Of a stretch of DNA of 64,000 bases, positions 54,585 to 64,000 are shown piece by piece (position 1 is the first letter of the stretch; the number at the start of each line of letters is the position of its first letter). The translations under genes and the position numbers were made by a program. The notes under the pieces are model-generated. The model was not told the origin of the DNA and made no database searches. It saw only the letters and a list, made by a program, of their open reading frames with translations. The stretch is from an uncultured delta proteobacterium (GTDB lineage Bacteria > Desulfobacterota > Syntrophia > Syntrophales > UBA2185), in NCBI GenBank assembly GCA_963695875.1, contig CAVOID010000003.1, positions 64,001 to 128,000 on the forward strand. The letters are read 5' to 3'.

Positions 54585-55884
54585 AGTTGCTTCCCGGTAG
54601 TGTCTTCGCATATTCCTTCAACTCCGCAGCTTTCTTAGCCATATCTAAAGGCCCCTGAAAATGTGTCCCATTGTCGGTAACTATAGCGATAGTCATGGTT
54701 ATGAGGGGAAACATCTGCTGGTTCCCTTGTCTGTCTTTTCCAATGATAAATCCCTTCTGCCTGTCTTTCTCACTGTAAAACCTCATACTACGGCGATCAA
54801 ACTCATCAATTATGTTCTGACATTTCTGCTCTGTCGCTCCTGGGTCAGAAACGATAATAAAATCGTCACCGCCAACATGTCCTACAAAGTCGCCCCCATT
54901 ATCCGTCGTCTGCACCTGGTTAATCAGGATATGGGCCACTTCCTTAATTACCTCGCTGCCCCATGCATAGCCATATTTATCAGCAAAGGGTTTGAAATTA
55001 TCGAGGTCTACATGACAAAGCGAAAACAGTTTTTTTTCCGAAACCCGCCTTTCAATCTCCTTCTCAATCGCCAGATTTCCCGGCAAACCGGTTAGAGGAC
55101 TTGCATCAAGGAGGAGCGTCTCCAGTACCTTGAGGCGTTCCGTCATGAAACTGAAAGCGTCTGCGAGGCTGCCGATTTCATCATTGCGGTTTATATTTAA
55201 ATTGTACTCGAACTGCCCCTCGGCAATCTGTTCTGTAGCCTCTTCGAGCTTCTTGAGAGGTCTCGAAATATTATACGTGATAAGTAAGGCTAAAGCCAAT
55301 CCCACAAACAAGCCTATCACGCTAAGTGTAATCGTCATTCTGGAAGCTTCTGTGCCCCGTATTTTAATTAGGTTCATTCTTGCATCTATATTATTTTCGG
55401 CTTTCATGCGGATTGCACGTAAAGATGTAGCTATCTCTTCAATGGTTTTTTTACACTCTGTTTCAGAAAATTTGATGGCATCCTCTACCAGATTGTCATT
55501 AACCAGGGATACCTCTTGATTAAAAAAGTCGTCATATCGGTTATGCAGTAATGACAGCTGCGACAGGGTCTTAGCGATATCGGGGATATTATTCTTTTTA
55601 AAATTCTCGAGGCCAACATTAAATTCCTGGCTTCGCGACCAGAAAAGTTCCGCTATTGACGGGTCTTTAAGAATAAGATATTTTTTTTCTGCGCTTTCCT
55701 GTGCAAGCAGTGCATCCATCATAATCTTGCTGTTATCTACGATGAAAAAATCCTGATCGATGATAACATAAGCCAATTCATTCAAATTCTGGAGGCTGAA
55801 AATCGCGTAGGCGCTTACCATGATGGTAAGTAGAGCCATAGCCAGGTAACCTGCAAGCAACTTTCGGCTTATCGTAAGTTTCAT
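54550..55884 (-). CDS. Membrane sensor-HAMP-GGDEF dinucleotide cyclase with atypical base-recognition residues
   Basis: 2 TM helices flanking a helical periplasmic domain, HAMP (DEIGSLA), PLTGLPGN, DLDNFK, GGDDF. Confidence 0.92.
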   Translation of the reverse strand: MKLTISRKLLAGYLAMALLTIMVSAYAIFSLQNLNELAYVIIDQDFFIVDNSKIMMDALLAQESAEKKYLILKDPSIAELFWSRSQEFNVGLENFKKNNIPDIAKTLSQLSLLHNRYDDFFNQEVSLVNDNLVEDAIKFSETECKKTIEEIATSLRAIRMKAENNIDARMNLIKIRGTEASRMTITLSVIGLFVGLALALLITYNISRPLKKLEEATEQIAEGQFEYNLNINRNDEIGSLADAFSFMTERLKVLETLLLDASPLTGLPGNLAIEKEIERRVSEKKLFSLCHVDLDNFKPFADKYGYAWGSEVIKEVAHILINQVQTTDNGGDFVGHVGGDDFIIVSDPGATEQKCQNIIDEFDRRSMRFYSEKDRQKGFIIGKDRQGNQQMFPLITMTIAIVTDNGTHFQGPLDMAKKAAELKEYAKTLPGSNYVKQEDVGNIL

Positions 55885-56044
55885 TATTCATGCCCAATAG
55901 AATCGATTCTAATTTTTTTGTGTACCACATCCTTGCAATTTCCGCAAAGTAGAAATATAAATTTTTAGTTTACACTTTCCCGACCGAATGTTTATTGCCC
56001 CCTTTATTAAGTTTTGATATATTATAGTAAAATATCGTTACGAA

Positions 56045-57367
56045 GTGGAGGCTACACCGATGATCTATAATGAGGAATTCGAAACATTACCCCGCGAAGT
56101 TTTGGAAACCCTGCAGTTCAAGAGATTACAACAAGTTATTCAACGTGTCTATCATACGGTTGGCTTTTACAGGAAAGCTTTTGATAAAGCCAGCGTCAAT
56201 CCGGATGATATCAAGACCCTATCTGACTTAAAGCGGCTTCCATTCACAACGAAGCAGGATTTGAGAGATAATTACCCTTTTGGTTTATTTGCGGTACCGA
56301 TGAGCAGCATTGTAAGGCTACACGCTTCCTCCGGTACAACCGGCAGAGCGATAGTCGTTGGATACACAAAACGGGATATCGATACGTGGTCCGAACTGAT
56401 GGCCAGATGTTTCGTAGCCGCAGGTTTGACCAAAAATGACATTATCCACAACGCTTACGGATACGGCCTGTTCACCGGTGGTCTCGGCGCCCATTACGGT
56501 GCTGAAAAACTGGGGGCCAGTGTCATCCCCATGTCAGGCGGCAATACAAAAAGACAGCTTATGATCTTACAGGACTTCGGCCCTACTGCCATCTGCTGTA
56601 CGCCTTCCTACGCGTTGAATCTGGCGGAACAAAGTACGGCCATGGGTATTGACATGAAATCGCTCAAGCTTCGTGTCGGTATCTTTGGTGCCGAGCCGTG
56701 GAGCGAAAAGATGCGGGACGAAATAGAAAATAAGCTGAATCTTACCGCGCTGAATATCTACGGCCTGTCGGAGATAATGGGTCCCGGAGTCGCTATGGAG
56801 TGTTTAGAAGGTCGCCATGGCATGCACGTATTTGAGGATCACTTTATTGTGGAGGTGATCCATCCGGAAACCGGCGAGTTATTGCCTTACGGAGAAGAAG
56901 GGGAGCTGGTCTTCACGACTATCACAAAGGAAGCATTCCCCCTCGTCCGGTATCGCACCAGGGACATATCACGACTGATTGCCGAACCCTGCCGCTGCGG
57001 CAGAAGTCATATCAGAATGGACCGGGTGACAGGCAGAAGTGATGATATGCTGATTATCAGGGGTATCAACGTATTCCCATCCCAGATTGAGGCTATTCTA
57101 GTCGGCATTACAGGACTCGAGCCGCACTATCAGCTCATTGTGGAAAGGGCCGGTACCTTGGACACCCTGGAGGTTCAGGTTGAAGTGAGCGAAAAGATTT
57201 TTGCAAATGCAGATGAGGTTCGCTCCCTGCAAAATTTAGAAAGGAATCTCACCAAAGACTTGAAGGACTATCTCGGTGTTTCCGCCAAGGTAAAATTAGT
57301 CGAACCCAAGTCCTTGCAACGTTTCGAAGGAAAGGCCAGCCGGGTAATCGATAAACGAAAAATATAG
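56045..57367 (+). CDS. paaK: Phenylacetate-CoA ligase
   Basis: [41 protein letters not shown]. Confidence 0.92.
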   Translation: MEATPMIYNEEFETLPREVLETLQFKRLQQVIQRVYHTVGFYRKAFDKASVNPDDIKTLSDLKRLPFTTKQDLRDNYPFGLFAVPMSSIVRLHASSGTTGRAIVVGYTKRDIDTWSELMARCFVAAGLTKNDIIHNAYGYGLFTGGLGAHYGAEKLGASVIPMSGGNTKRQLMILQDFGPTAICCTPSYALNLAEQSTAMGIDMKSLKLRVGIFGAEPWSEKMRDEIENKLNLTALNIYGLSEIMGPGVAMECLEGRHGMHVFEDHFIVEVIHPETGELLPYGEEGELVFTTITKEAFPLVRYRTRDISRLIAEPCRCGRSHIRMDRVTGRSDDMLIIRGINVFPSQIEAILVGITGLEPHYQLIVERAGTLDTLEVQVEVSEKIFANADEVRSLQNLERNLTKDLKDYLGVSAKVKLVEPKSLQRFEGKASRVIDKRKI

Positions 57368-57418
57368 GCGGAAATCCCAGACATTCTATTGTCGAGGAAT
57401 TCATAAGGAGGAGTACAT

Positions 57419-57850
57419 ATGAAGGTAGAACAGATATCCATATTCCTGGAGAATAAACCGGGGGCTCTTGAAAGTGTCACACGGCTATTGAAAGATAATA
57501 ATATTAACATCAGAACCCTGTCACTGGCGGATACTTCTGATTTCGGAATTCTCCGACTAATCGTCAACGATGTCAATACAACACTGAAGGTACTCAATGA
57601 AAACGGCTTGAGAGTGAGCAGGACGACCGTGGTGGCAGTGGAGGTTCCTGACCGTCCAGGTGGTCTTCACAGCATCCTTGAAGTGCTGGCGAAAAACTCC
57701 ATCAATGTTGAATATCTGTACGCATTTGTCGAAAAAAGCGGTGAAAATGCTGTGATCATCTTCCGTTTCGATTCTCCTGATAATGCCATTGATGTCCTTC
57801 TCAAAAATGGATTTACTGTTCTGCCCGGTGAGAAGCTGTATTCTTTTTAA
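57419..57850 (+). CDS. Tandem ACT-domain protein
   Basis: [34 protein letters not shown]. Confidence 0.92.
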   Translation: MKVEQISIFLENKPGALESVTRLLKDNNINIRTLSLADTSDFGILRLIVNDVNTTLKVLNENGLRVSRTTVVAVEVPDRPGGLHSILEVLAKNSINVEYLYAFVEKSGENAVIIFRFDSPDNAIDVLLKNGFTVLPGEKLYSF

Positions 57851-57940
57851 ATGTAATGATCTCGTAAGAAAAGCTATAAACGGGGCTAAAAGTCGACGAA
57901 TTCGCAAAACATAATACTCTGTTCAGAAGGAGGTGCTGTC

Positions 57941-58642
57941 ATGAAGATACAAACCCGTTCACTTAATTCGATGGTGGAAGAACAGTTGGTTAAATGGAAA
58001 AGCGAGACCACAGAGCGGAAAGCCGTAAAGGCCAAGCCCGGTCCGGTGATTACCATTTCCAGAGAGCCGGGCACCGGTGGCAGTGAGATCGCCAGGAGGC
58101 TCGCGGAACAGCTTAAAATGGATCTGGTGGGTGCCCAAATCATCCAGAAAATAGCGGAAAGTGCTGATATGAGCACAAAAGTTATTGAATCCCTCGATGA
58201 GAAGGAAATCTCTCGACGGGATGACTGGTTAAGCTCTTTGTTCGAGACCCGTCACCTGTGGGTAGATAGTTATCTCCGTCATCTTACCAAGGTTATCGGG
58301 ACATTCGGAAGACAGGGCAATGTCATCATCGTGGGCAGGGGAGCGCAGTATATACTGCCCCCTGAGGACACATTCAGGTTGCGTTTTATTGCCCCTATGG
58401 AAATTAAAATCCAGAATGTAATGCGCGATTATGGCTCCACCAAGGAAGATGCGGAAAAATATGTCATAAAAACAGATTCAGACCGACGCGCATACCTGCG
58501 AAAATACTTCAACGCAGACGTGACGGACCCCTCACATTACGACATGGTCATCAATACAGGGAAACTCGGTATAGACGGTACCGTCGAAGCAGCCAAAGCA
58601 GCATTTGGCATATGGAAGAAGAAGTTCGACACTGTTCCTTGA
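57941..58642 (+). CDS. Cytidylate kinase-like family protein
   Basis: ITISREPGTGG, IIVGRGA, YDMVINT. Confidence 0.85.
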   Translation: MKIQTRSLNSMVEEQLVKWKSETTERKAVKAKPGPVITISREPGTGGSEIARRLAEQLKMDLVGAQIIQKIAESADMSTKVIESLDEKEISRRDDWLSSLFETRHLWVDSYLRHLTKVIGTFGRQGNVIIVGRGAQYILPPEDTFRLRFIAPMEIKIQNVMRDYGSTKEDAEKYVIKTDSDRRAYLRKYFNADVTDPSHYDMVINTGKLGIDGTVEAAKAAFGIWKKKFDTVP

Positions 58643-58675
58643 CGAAACGGAGGTTTATGTTTTTTCGCGAAAGCC

Positions 58676-60112
58676 CTATCCCTTGATGCAGCCTAAGGCC
58701 CGGAGTTTTGCTACCTTCTTGGAGATGCCTGCTTTGTGTACGACTTCGACTACCTGATCCAAATCCTTGTAGGCCTCCGGTATCTCCTCGCTGAGTGTTC
58801 CTTTCCCGGTTGCCATGATGATGATACCCTTGTCGGCAAGCTCCTTCGCTATTGCCCTTCCCCTGCTGGCTTTTTTTGCCTGGGTGCGGCTCATGACACG
58901 TCCGGCGCCATGACAGGTGCTCCCGAAGGTTTCTGCAAAGGCCTTCTCTGTCCCGGCGAGCACGTACGAGCCTGTTCCCATATCGCCGGGGATTAGTACC
59001 GGCTGACCTATCTTGCTGTATTGCGCCGGAAGCGCCGGATGGCCGGGAGGGAAGGCCCGCGTCGCACCTTTCCTGTGTACGCAAAGTTTCACCTCTTTGC
59101 CGTCGAGGATGAACGTTTCGATCTTGGCAATATTGTGGCAGACATCGTATAGCAATCTCATGCCTAATTCACGGGGGCCCTTTTTTAAGGTATGCTCGAA
59201 GGTCTCCCGCGTCCAATGCATCATCATCTGACGGTTGGCCCAGGCATAATTGGCGGCACAGGCCATGGCGGCAAGGTATTCCTTTCCACGGGGCGAATCC
59301 AGATACGCGCAGGCCAACTGCCTGTCCGGGAGGGGAATCTCCATCTCACCGAGATGTTTAACCATCCTGGCCAGGTAGTCATCACAGACCTGATAGCCAA
59401 GCCCCCGGGAACCGCTGTGTATAAGGACGGCGATCTGGCCCATTTCAAGGCCAAAGGCGGCAGCAGCCGTCTTATCGAAGATCTCCTCGACAACCTCAAT
59501 CTCCAGAAAATGGTTACCCGATCCGAGCGTGCCCAATTGCTCTCTTCCCCGCTCGATTGCTCTGGCGCTGACCATGTCGGGATCGGCGCCTGCTATTTTC
59601 CCCCTGTCTTCAGTCGCTTCCAGATCCTCATGCGTGCCATAACCTTGCTCGACGGCCCATTTGGCACCTTCGATCAGAACCTTCCTTTCTTCTTTGGGTG
59701 AGAGTTTAAGGTCACCTTTCGAACCTACACCGGTAGGGATATTATGAAACAACGCACCTATCAGGTCCTTTAAGCGATCCCTGATATCTTCAAATGCAAG
59801 GCGGGTCGTTACCAGCCTGCATCCGCAGTTGATGTCATAGCCGACGCCGCCCGGGGAAATGATGCCGTCTTGAAGACCGAAAGCCGCGACGCCTCCTATC
59901 GGGAAACCATATCCCCAGTGAATATCAGGCATTGCCAGGGAATATTTCACAATCCCGGGCAGATGCGCAACATTAGCCACCTGCTTCGGGCTCTCATCAG
60001 AACCCATTTCCCTTATGAGGCGCTCGCTCGAATAAATAATTCCGGGAACCCTCATGCCGCCGCTTTGGGGAATCATCCATCGGCAATCATCGATTTTCTT
60101 GAGTCCAGTCAT
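58676..60112 (-). CDS. rtcB: RNA ligase RtcB
   Basis: MPDIHWGYGFPIGGV, GYDINCG, LGTLGSGNHF, HSGSRG, HRKGAT, HGAGR, PEAYKD. Confidence 0.96.
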   Translation of the reverse strand: MTGLKKIDDCRWMIPQSGGMRVPGIIYSSERLIREMGSDESPKQVANVAHLPGIVKYSLAMPDIHWGYGFPIGGVAAFGLQDGIISPGGVGYDINCGCRLVTTRLAFEDIRDRLKDLIGALFHNIPTGVGSKGDLKLSPKEERKVLIEGAKWAVEQGYGTHEDLEATEDRGKIAGADPDMVSARAIERGREQLGTLGSGNHFLEIEVVEEIFDKTAAAAFGLEMGQIAVLIHSGSRGLGYQVCDDYLARMVKHLGEMEIPLPDRQLACAYLDSPRGKEYLAAMACAANYAWANRQMMMHWTRETFEHTLKKGPRELGMRLLYDVCHNIAKIETFILDGKEVKLCVHRKGATRAFPPGHPALPAQYSKIGQPVLIPGDMGTGSYVLAGTEKAFAETFGSTCHGAGRVMSRTQAKKASRGRAIAKELADKGIIIMATGKGTLSEEIPEAYKDLDQVVEVVHKAGISKKVAKLRALGCIKG

Positions 60113-60149
60113 AATGTTCTCGTCATAGCCTAAACTTGGATTTACTCCA

Positions 60150-60254
60150 GAGAGCTCCGTAAAAAGATTCAGAGACAGGGTGCGCACGGTTCGATAAGCT
60201 CACCGTGACGGGATGAAGCGCAACGCAGCATATTGACTTTTTTACGAAGCCGTC
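60150..60254. mobile_element. MITE-like element with nested REP-like hairpin
   Basis: Terminal inverted repeats GAGAGCTCCGTAAAAA / TTTTTACGAAGCCGTC (13 of 16 match); internal CACGGT-TCGATAAGCTC-ACCGTG hairpin. Confidence 0.65.
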
Positions 60255-60669
60255 AAACATCAAATATCACCCTTCCCACCCACATATCCGGCGTTTCTTT
60301 GACCGTCACCTGGTGATAAGTCACGGCCTTGATTTCCGTATTTATCCTGTGTTTCGAAGGATCAAATCGCTCCCCCAGTACTTTCCCCTCTAGATGCCGC
60401 GCATCGATCTTCAGTACGGGGTACTCTTTCAGCAAGAGTCCCTCGCCATTAAACATATAGAGAATTTCGCGCAGATAGTTCACGAGCAGGTCTTCCCAGC
60501 CTTCACCCTCGACAACAATCTTCCTTTCCACTATCGAAGATACGCGTTTCAGGTCTGTGATAATATCAAAAATGGCAAAGGCCGCATTGGCAAACAAGTC
60601 TGCCACCGTTTTGCCGTATATTTCCACCCCCAAATCCGCCGTATGATCAAACAGCTTGTATCTATGCAT
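60253..60669 (-). CDS. Archease
   Basis: DHTAD, EIKAVTYH, terminal FDV; adjacent to rtcB. Confidence 0.93.
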   Translation of the reverse strand: MHRYKLFDHTADLGVEIYGKTVADLFANAAFAIFDIITDLKRVSSIVERKIVVEGEGWEDLLVNYLREILYMFNGEGLLLKEYPVLKIDARHLEGKVLGERFDPSKHRINTEIKAVTYHQVTVKETPDMWVGRVIFDV

Positions 60670-60712
60670 TGTCAGAATTAGTCTACCACAAACACTGCTT
60701 TCATTTCCAGAA

Positions 60713-63235
60713 TCACGTCACATCTTCCTGGTCGCCCGTGTCTAATTCCAGCTCGTTCACGGCTTCTTCCATTTCATCTTCCACAGCGAGTCCATTTTCT
60801 CTTGCTTCTATTTCCCTCTCGGCCCGGGCCACACCGACCAGTTTTTCCTCGGGATCAATCTCGATCAGCCTCACACCTTGGGTACTCCTGTGAAGGAGAG
60901 GCACTTCTTCAACCTTCAATCGTATGATCTTTCCGGCATTGCTTATCAGCACTATGTCTTCATCGCCCGTAACCTGGAGAACCCCCGAGACATTTCCTAC
61001 CTTGGTAACTGTTTTAAGATTGATGACTCCCTGACCTCCCCTGTTCTGCTGCCGATATTCCTCCACAGCCGTTCGCTTGCCGTAGCCGTTTTCGGAAACG
61101 GTTATAATTGAATTGCCCTCCGTCGGAATCTCCATCCCGACCACGGCATCGTCATCATCCATGCGGATTCCAATAACGCCTCGCGCTGTTCTTCCCATAT
61201 CCCGCACATCTTCTTCATGGAAACGGATTGATTGCCCTTTTCGCGTCCCCAAAAAGATGTCCTGATCACCCATCGTCAATTGAACGTCGATGAGATCATC
61301 CCCCTCATCTATTGTGACGGCAATAATCCCTCCGGATCGCGGATTGGAATAAGCCTCCAGCTCCGTCTTCTTGATTATGCCCCGTTTCGTAACCATGACC
61401 ACGGACTTGCCCTCAGTGAACTCTTTGACCGGGAGGACGGACGCAACCCGTTCCTCCGGCGACAGATTGACGAGATTGACGATGGCCTTTCCTTTCGACG
61501 CCCGCCCGGCCTGGGGTATCTGGTAAACCTTCAGCCAGTAAACGCGCCCCACGTTCGTAAAGATCAGGATATATTGATGAGTAGAGGCGATAAATATCTT
61601 CTCGACAAAATCCTCCTCTTTGGTCCCCATACCGACTTTTCCCTTGCCGCCCCGCCGCTGGCTCCTGTAGAGGCTGACGGGGTTCCTTTTTATGTAACCA
61701 TAGTGAGACACTGTCACCACCATATCCTCTTCCACAATCATATCTTCGATATCAATATCTTCCACGCGCTCAACGATCTCTGTGCGTCTCTCATCACCAT
61801 ACTTTTTCCTGATCTCCTCCAACTCCGCCACGATGATATCAAGGACTTTCTGCGGATCGTCCAGGATGCCCTGCAATGTCTTGATCAGCCGGGAAAGTTC
61901 CGCGTATTCATCATCGATCTTGTCCCGTTCGAGACCTGTCAATCTCTGCAGACGCATGTCCAGGATGGCCCGCGCCTGGATCTCCGTAAGACCAAACTTC
62001 TCGCAAAGCGCCTGCGCGGCTTCCTGGGGGTTTTTTGATTTCTTGATGAGCTGAACCACAGCATCGATATTGTTGAGGGCAATGATCAGCCCTTCCAGGA
62101 TATGGGCCCTCTCTTTCGCTTTGCGAAGCTCAAAGATTGTTCTCCTGGTGATGACCTCCCTGCGGAAGTCCACAAATTTCTGAAGAACCTCCTTCAGATT
62201 GAGAACCCTCGGTTGGTTGCGGTCAATCGCCAGCATGATTACCCCGAAGTTCGTCTCCATCTGCGTATGCTTATAGAGCTGGTTGAGGATCACGCCGGAA
62301 GGTTCATCCTTCTTCAGGTCTACAACGATCCGGATGCCATCCCTGTCCGACTCGTCCCGAAGATCGGAGATTCCTTCCATCCTCTTCTCTTTCACCAGCT
62401 CGGAAATCTTTTCGATCAGATTTGCTTTGTTCACGAGGTAAGGGAGTTCCGTAATGATGATACTCTCCCTGTCATTCCTCGCGTTCCTCTCGATGATCGC
62501 CCTCGCCCTCATGCGGATGGAGCCCCTTCCCGTCCTGTACGCGGAGATAATTCCATCCCTGCCGTTAATGAACCCGGCTGTCGGGAAATCGGGGCCTTTG
62601 ATATGGAACATCAGTCCTTCGATCGTGATCTCCGGATTGCGGATCAAGGCAATCGTCCCGTCGATGAGCTCGCTTAAGTTATGCGGCGGGATGTTAGTGG
62701 CCACACCCACGGCAATCCCGGAAGTGCCGTTCAGCAGAAGCGCGGGAAGTCGCGCGGGCAGGACCGTCGGTTCCTGCATGGAGGCATCGTAATTGGGTAC
62801 AAAATCAACCGTTTCCTTTTCCAGGTCGGCGAGCATTTCCTCTGCGAGCCTCGCCATCCTTATCTCCGTGTATCTCATCGCCGCAGGCGGGTCTCCGTCG
62901 ACGCTGCCGAAATTTCCCTGCCCATCAATCAGGGGGTAACGCATGGAGAAGTCCTGTGCCATCCGGACGAGGGTGTCATAGGCAGCGGTATCGCCGTGGG
63001 GGTGATACTTACCGATGATATCCCCGACGATCCTGGCAGATTTCTTATAAGCCTTGTTCCAGACATTCCCCATTTCCGACATGGCGTAGAGAACCCGGCG
63101 ATGGACCGGCTTCATACCGTCCCGGACGTCCGGTATAGCACGGCCGATGATCACGCTCATGGCGTAATCCATGTAGGATTTTTTCATTTCATCTTCGATA
63201 TTGATGGGTATGTTCTTCTGGAAAAGCTCCTCCAT
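60713..63235 (-). CDS. gyrA: DNA gyrase subunit A
   Basis: YAMSVI, HPHGD, AAMRYTE, GyrA-box QRRGGKG, pinwheel repeats. Confidence 0.97.
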   Translation of the reverse strand: MEELFQKNIPINIEDEMKKSYMDYAMSVIIGRAIPDVRDGMKPVHRRVLYAMSEMGNVWNKAYKKSARIVGDIIGKYHPHGDTAAYDTLVRMAQDFSMRYPLIDGQGNFGSVDGDPPAAMRYTEIRMARLAEEMLADLEKETVDFVPNYDASMQEPTVLPARLPALLLNGTSGIAVGVATNIPPHNLSELIDGTIALIRNPEITIEGLMFHIKGPDFPTAGFINGRDGIISAYRTGRGSIRMRARAIIERNARNDRESIIITELPYLVNKANLIEKISELVKEKRMEGISDLRDESDRDGIRIVVDLKKDEPSGVILNQLYKHTQMETNFGVIMLAIDRNQPRVLNLKEVLQKFVDFRREVITRRTIFELRKAKERAHILEGLIIALNNIDAVVQLIKKSKNPQEAAQALCEKFGLTEIQARAILDMRLQRLTGLERDKIDDEYAELSRLIKTLQGILDDPQKVLDIIVAELEEIRKKYGDERRTEIVERVEDIDIEDMIVEEDMVVTVSHYGYIKRNPVSLYRSQRRGGKGKVGMGTKEEDFVEKIFIASTHQYILIFTNVGRVYWLKVYQIPQAGRASKGKAIVNLVNLSPEERVASVLPVKEFTEGKSVVMVTKRGIIKKTELEAYSNPRSGGIIAVTIDEGDDLIDVQLTMGDQDIFLGTRKGQSIRFHEEDVRDMGRTARGVIGIRMDDDDAVVGMEIPTEGNSIITVSENGYGKRTAVEEYRQQNRGGQGVINLKTVTKVGNVSGVLQVTGDEDIVLISNAGKIIRLKVEEVPLLHRSTQGVRLIEIDPEEKLVGVARAEREIEARENGLAVEDEMEEAVNELELDTGDQEDVT

Positions 63236-63493
63236 AATTTTCAAGCCCTCATTGCGTATTTTTGCTTAAAAAAACACTTGTAATATCAACCATTAATATA
63301 GTAGACATTTTGAGAGAATTTATACCATTTTTTGTCGAATAAGTCGCGTTATTTTTTAATTTTTTGACGGGTCAAAATGCAGCAAAATCTCACACGATAT
63401 CCCTAAAAGTTGAGAGGGAAAGGCAACGTGAGTCAGAGAGGTGAACCCTGCACAAAACCATAGATTAATCCTCTTTAAGGATAAGGAGCCCCC

Positions 63494-63518
63494 ATCAATC
63501 AGGGTTTCCCTGATTGAT
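63494..63518. repeat. Perfect 11-bp inverted repeat
   Basis: ATCAATCAGGG-TTT-CCCTGATTGAT. Confidence 0.75.
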
Positions 63519-63633
63519 CGATACGTGAATTAGCGTTAACCAAAATAATAATTATTTTATTACAGGAAAACCCAACTATCACCGCTGGTTCGTGTGGACG
63601 CAACGGACACCGGTAGAGTCCCGAGGTGAGGAT

Positions 63634-64000
63634 GTGAGATGCGATTTAGTTCTAAGATTGGCAGCTTCAATAGCGATGACAGTTTGGGCATTGGCCGGTT
63701 GCGCGGTCGGTCCCGATTTCCGGACGCCCCCGGCCCCGACAACAAATGTCTATACGGCAGAGGAGCTGCCTGCCAAAACCGCCGCCGCAACGGGTCTGGC
63801 TGGTACAGCGCAACGATTCGCCTCCGGTCAGGACATACCTGGGGAGTGGTGGACGCTATTTCAATCCGACACACTTGACCGGTTGATCCGGCAGGCGCTG
63901 GCAGACAGTCCGACGCTTGCAGCGGCGAAGGCAAAGCTGCGCGAGGCCGAAGAGAACCGGCGGGCCGGATTGGGGGCGCTTTTCCCCAGCATAGACGCTA
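63634..64000 (+). CDS. NodT/OprM-family efflux outer-membrane lipoprotein (runs off the window end; absent from ORF track)
   Basis: Translated by hand from GTG after GAGG: ...WALAGCAVGPDF...WWTLFQSDTLDRLIRQALADSPTL...LFPSID. Confidence 0.88.
   Translation, partial: MRCDLVLRLAASIAMTVWALAGCAVGPDFRTPPAPTTNVYTAEELPAKTAAATGLAGTAQRFASGQDIPGEWWTLFQSDTLDRLIRQALADSPTLAAAKAKLREAEENRRAGLGALFPSIDA

Noticed and set aside
63639..63878. 79-aa ORF listed in the track
   Set aside because: Wrong frame. The frame starting at GTG 63634 encodes the NodT lipoprotein.
1..64000. Most short ORF-track entries antisense to or overlapping recognised genes (e.g. 9487-10191, 21596-22546, 28247-29032, 61232-62038)
   Set aside because: Shadow ORFs of well-supported genes, with no motifs of their own.
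1..64000. CRISPR array, tRNA/rRNA, transposase, integrase or prophage genes
   Set aside because: I saw no regularly spaced repeats, cloverleafs or such proteins by eye. A covariance-model scan was not possible.

Overview
This is a 64 kb bacterial chromosomal segment. Gene content suggests an anaerobic deltaproteobacterium, Syntrophales/Desulfobacterota-like (inference). Many housekeeping genes are split by single-base indels, most likely long-read consensus errors, so I merged the fragments into genes. The left half (2.4-33 kb) is a glutamine/nitrogen supercluster: pdxST, hisHF, mnmG, nrpR with an FMN glutamate-synthase subunit, a variant glutamate dehydrogenase, a KaiC-like/PEP-synthase ATP-grasp protein, a GAF sigma54 activator, a split GOGAT, GSI-alpha glnA, and carA-guaA-carB-purF. 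The right half holds a Tm-1-like pair, a papain-like protease, Sir2, lsrF, a ClpX-like ATPase, ftsH, a double-zinc-finger thioredoxin, a GGDEF/lipoprotein/HD-GYP operon, paaK-ACT, rtcB-archease, gyrA and a truncated NodT lipoprotein. I saw no rRNA, tRNA, CRISPR array, transposase or prophage gene. Best novelty candidate 1 is a membrane GGDEF enzyme with both guanine-recognition residues replaced (N->A, and D->S as in Hypr cGAMP synthases), in an operon with a QseG-like lipoprotein and an HD-GYP phosphodiesterase. Candidate 2 is a nitrogen-control module combining NrpR with a candidate operator, a Lys->Ile GDH variant, a dikinase-like protein of unknown substrate, and a recurring AACA-N4-TGTT motif. 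All family calls come from motif recognition by eye, not from database searches.
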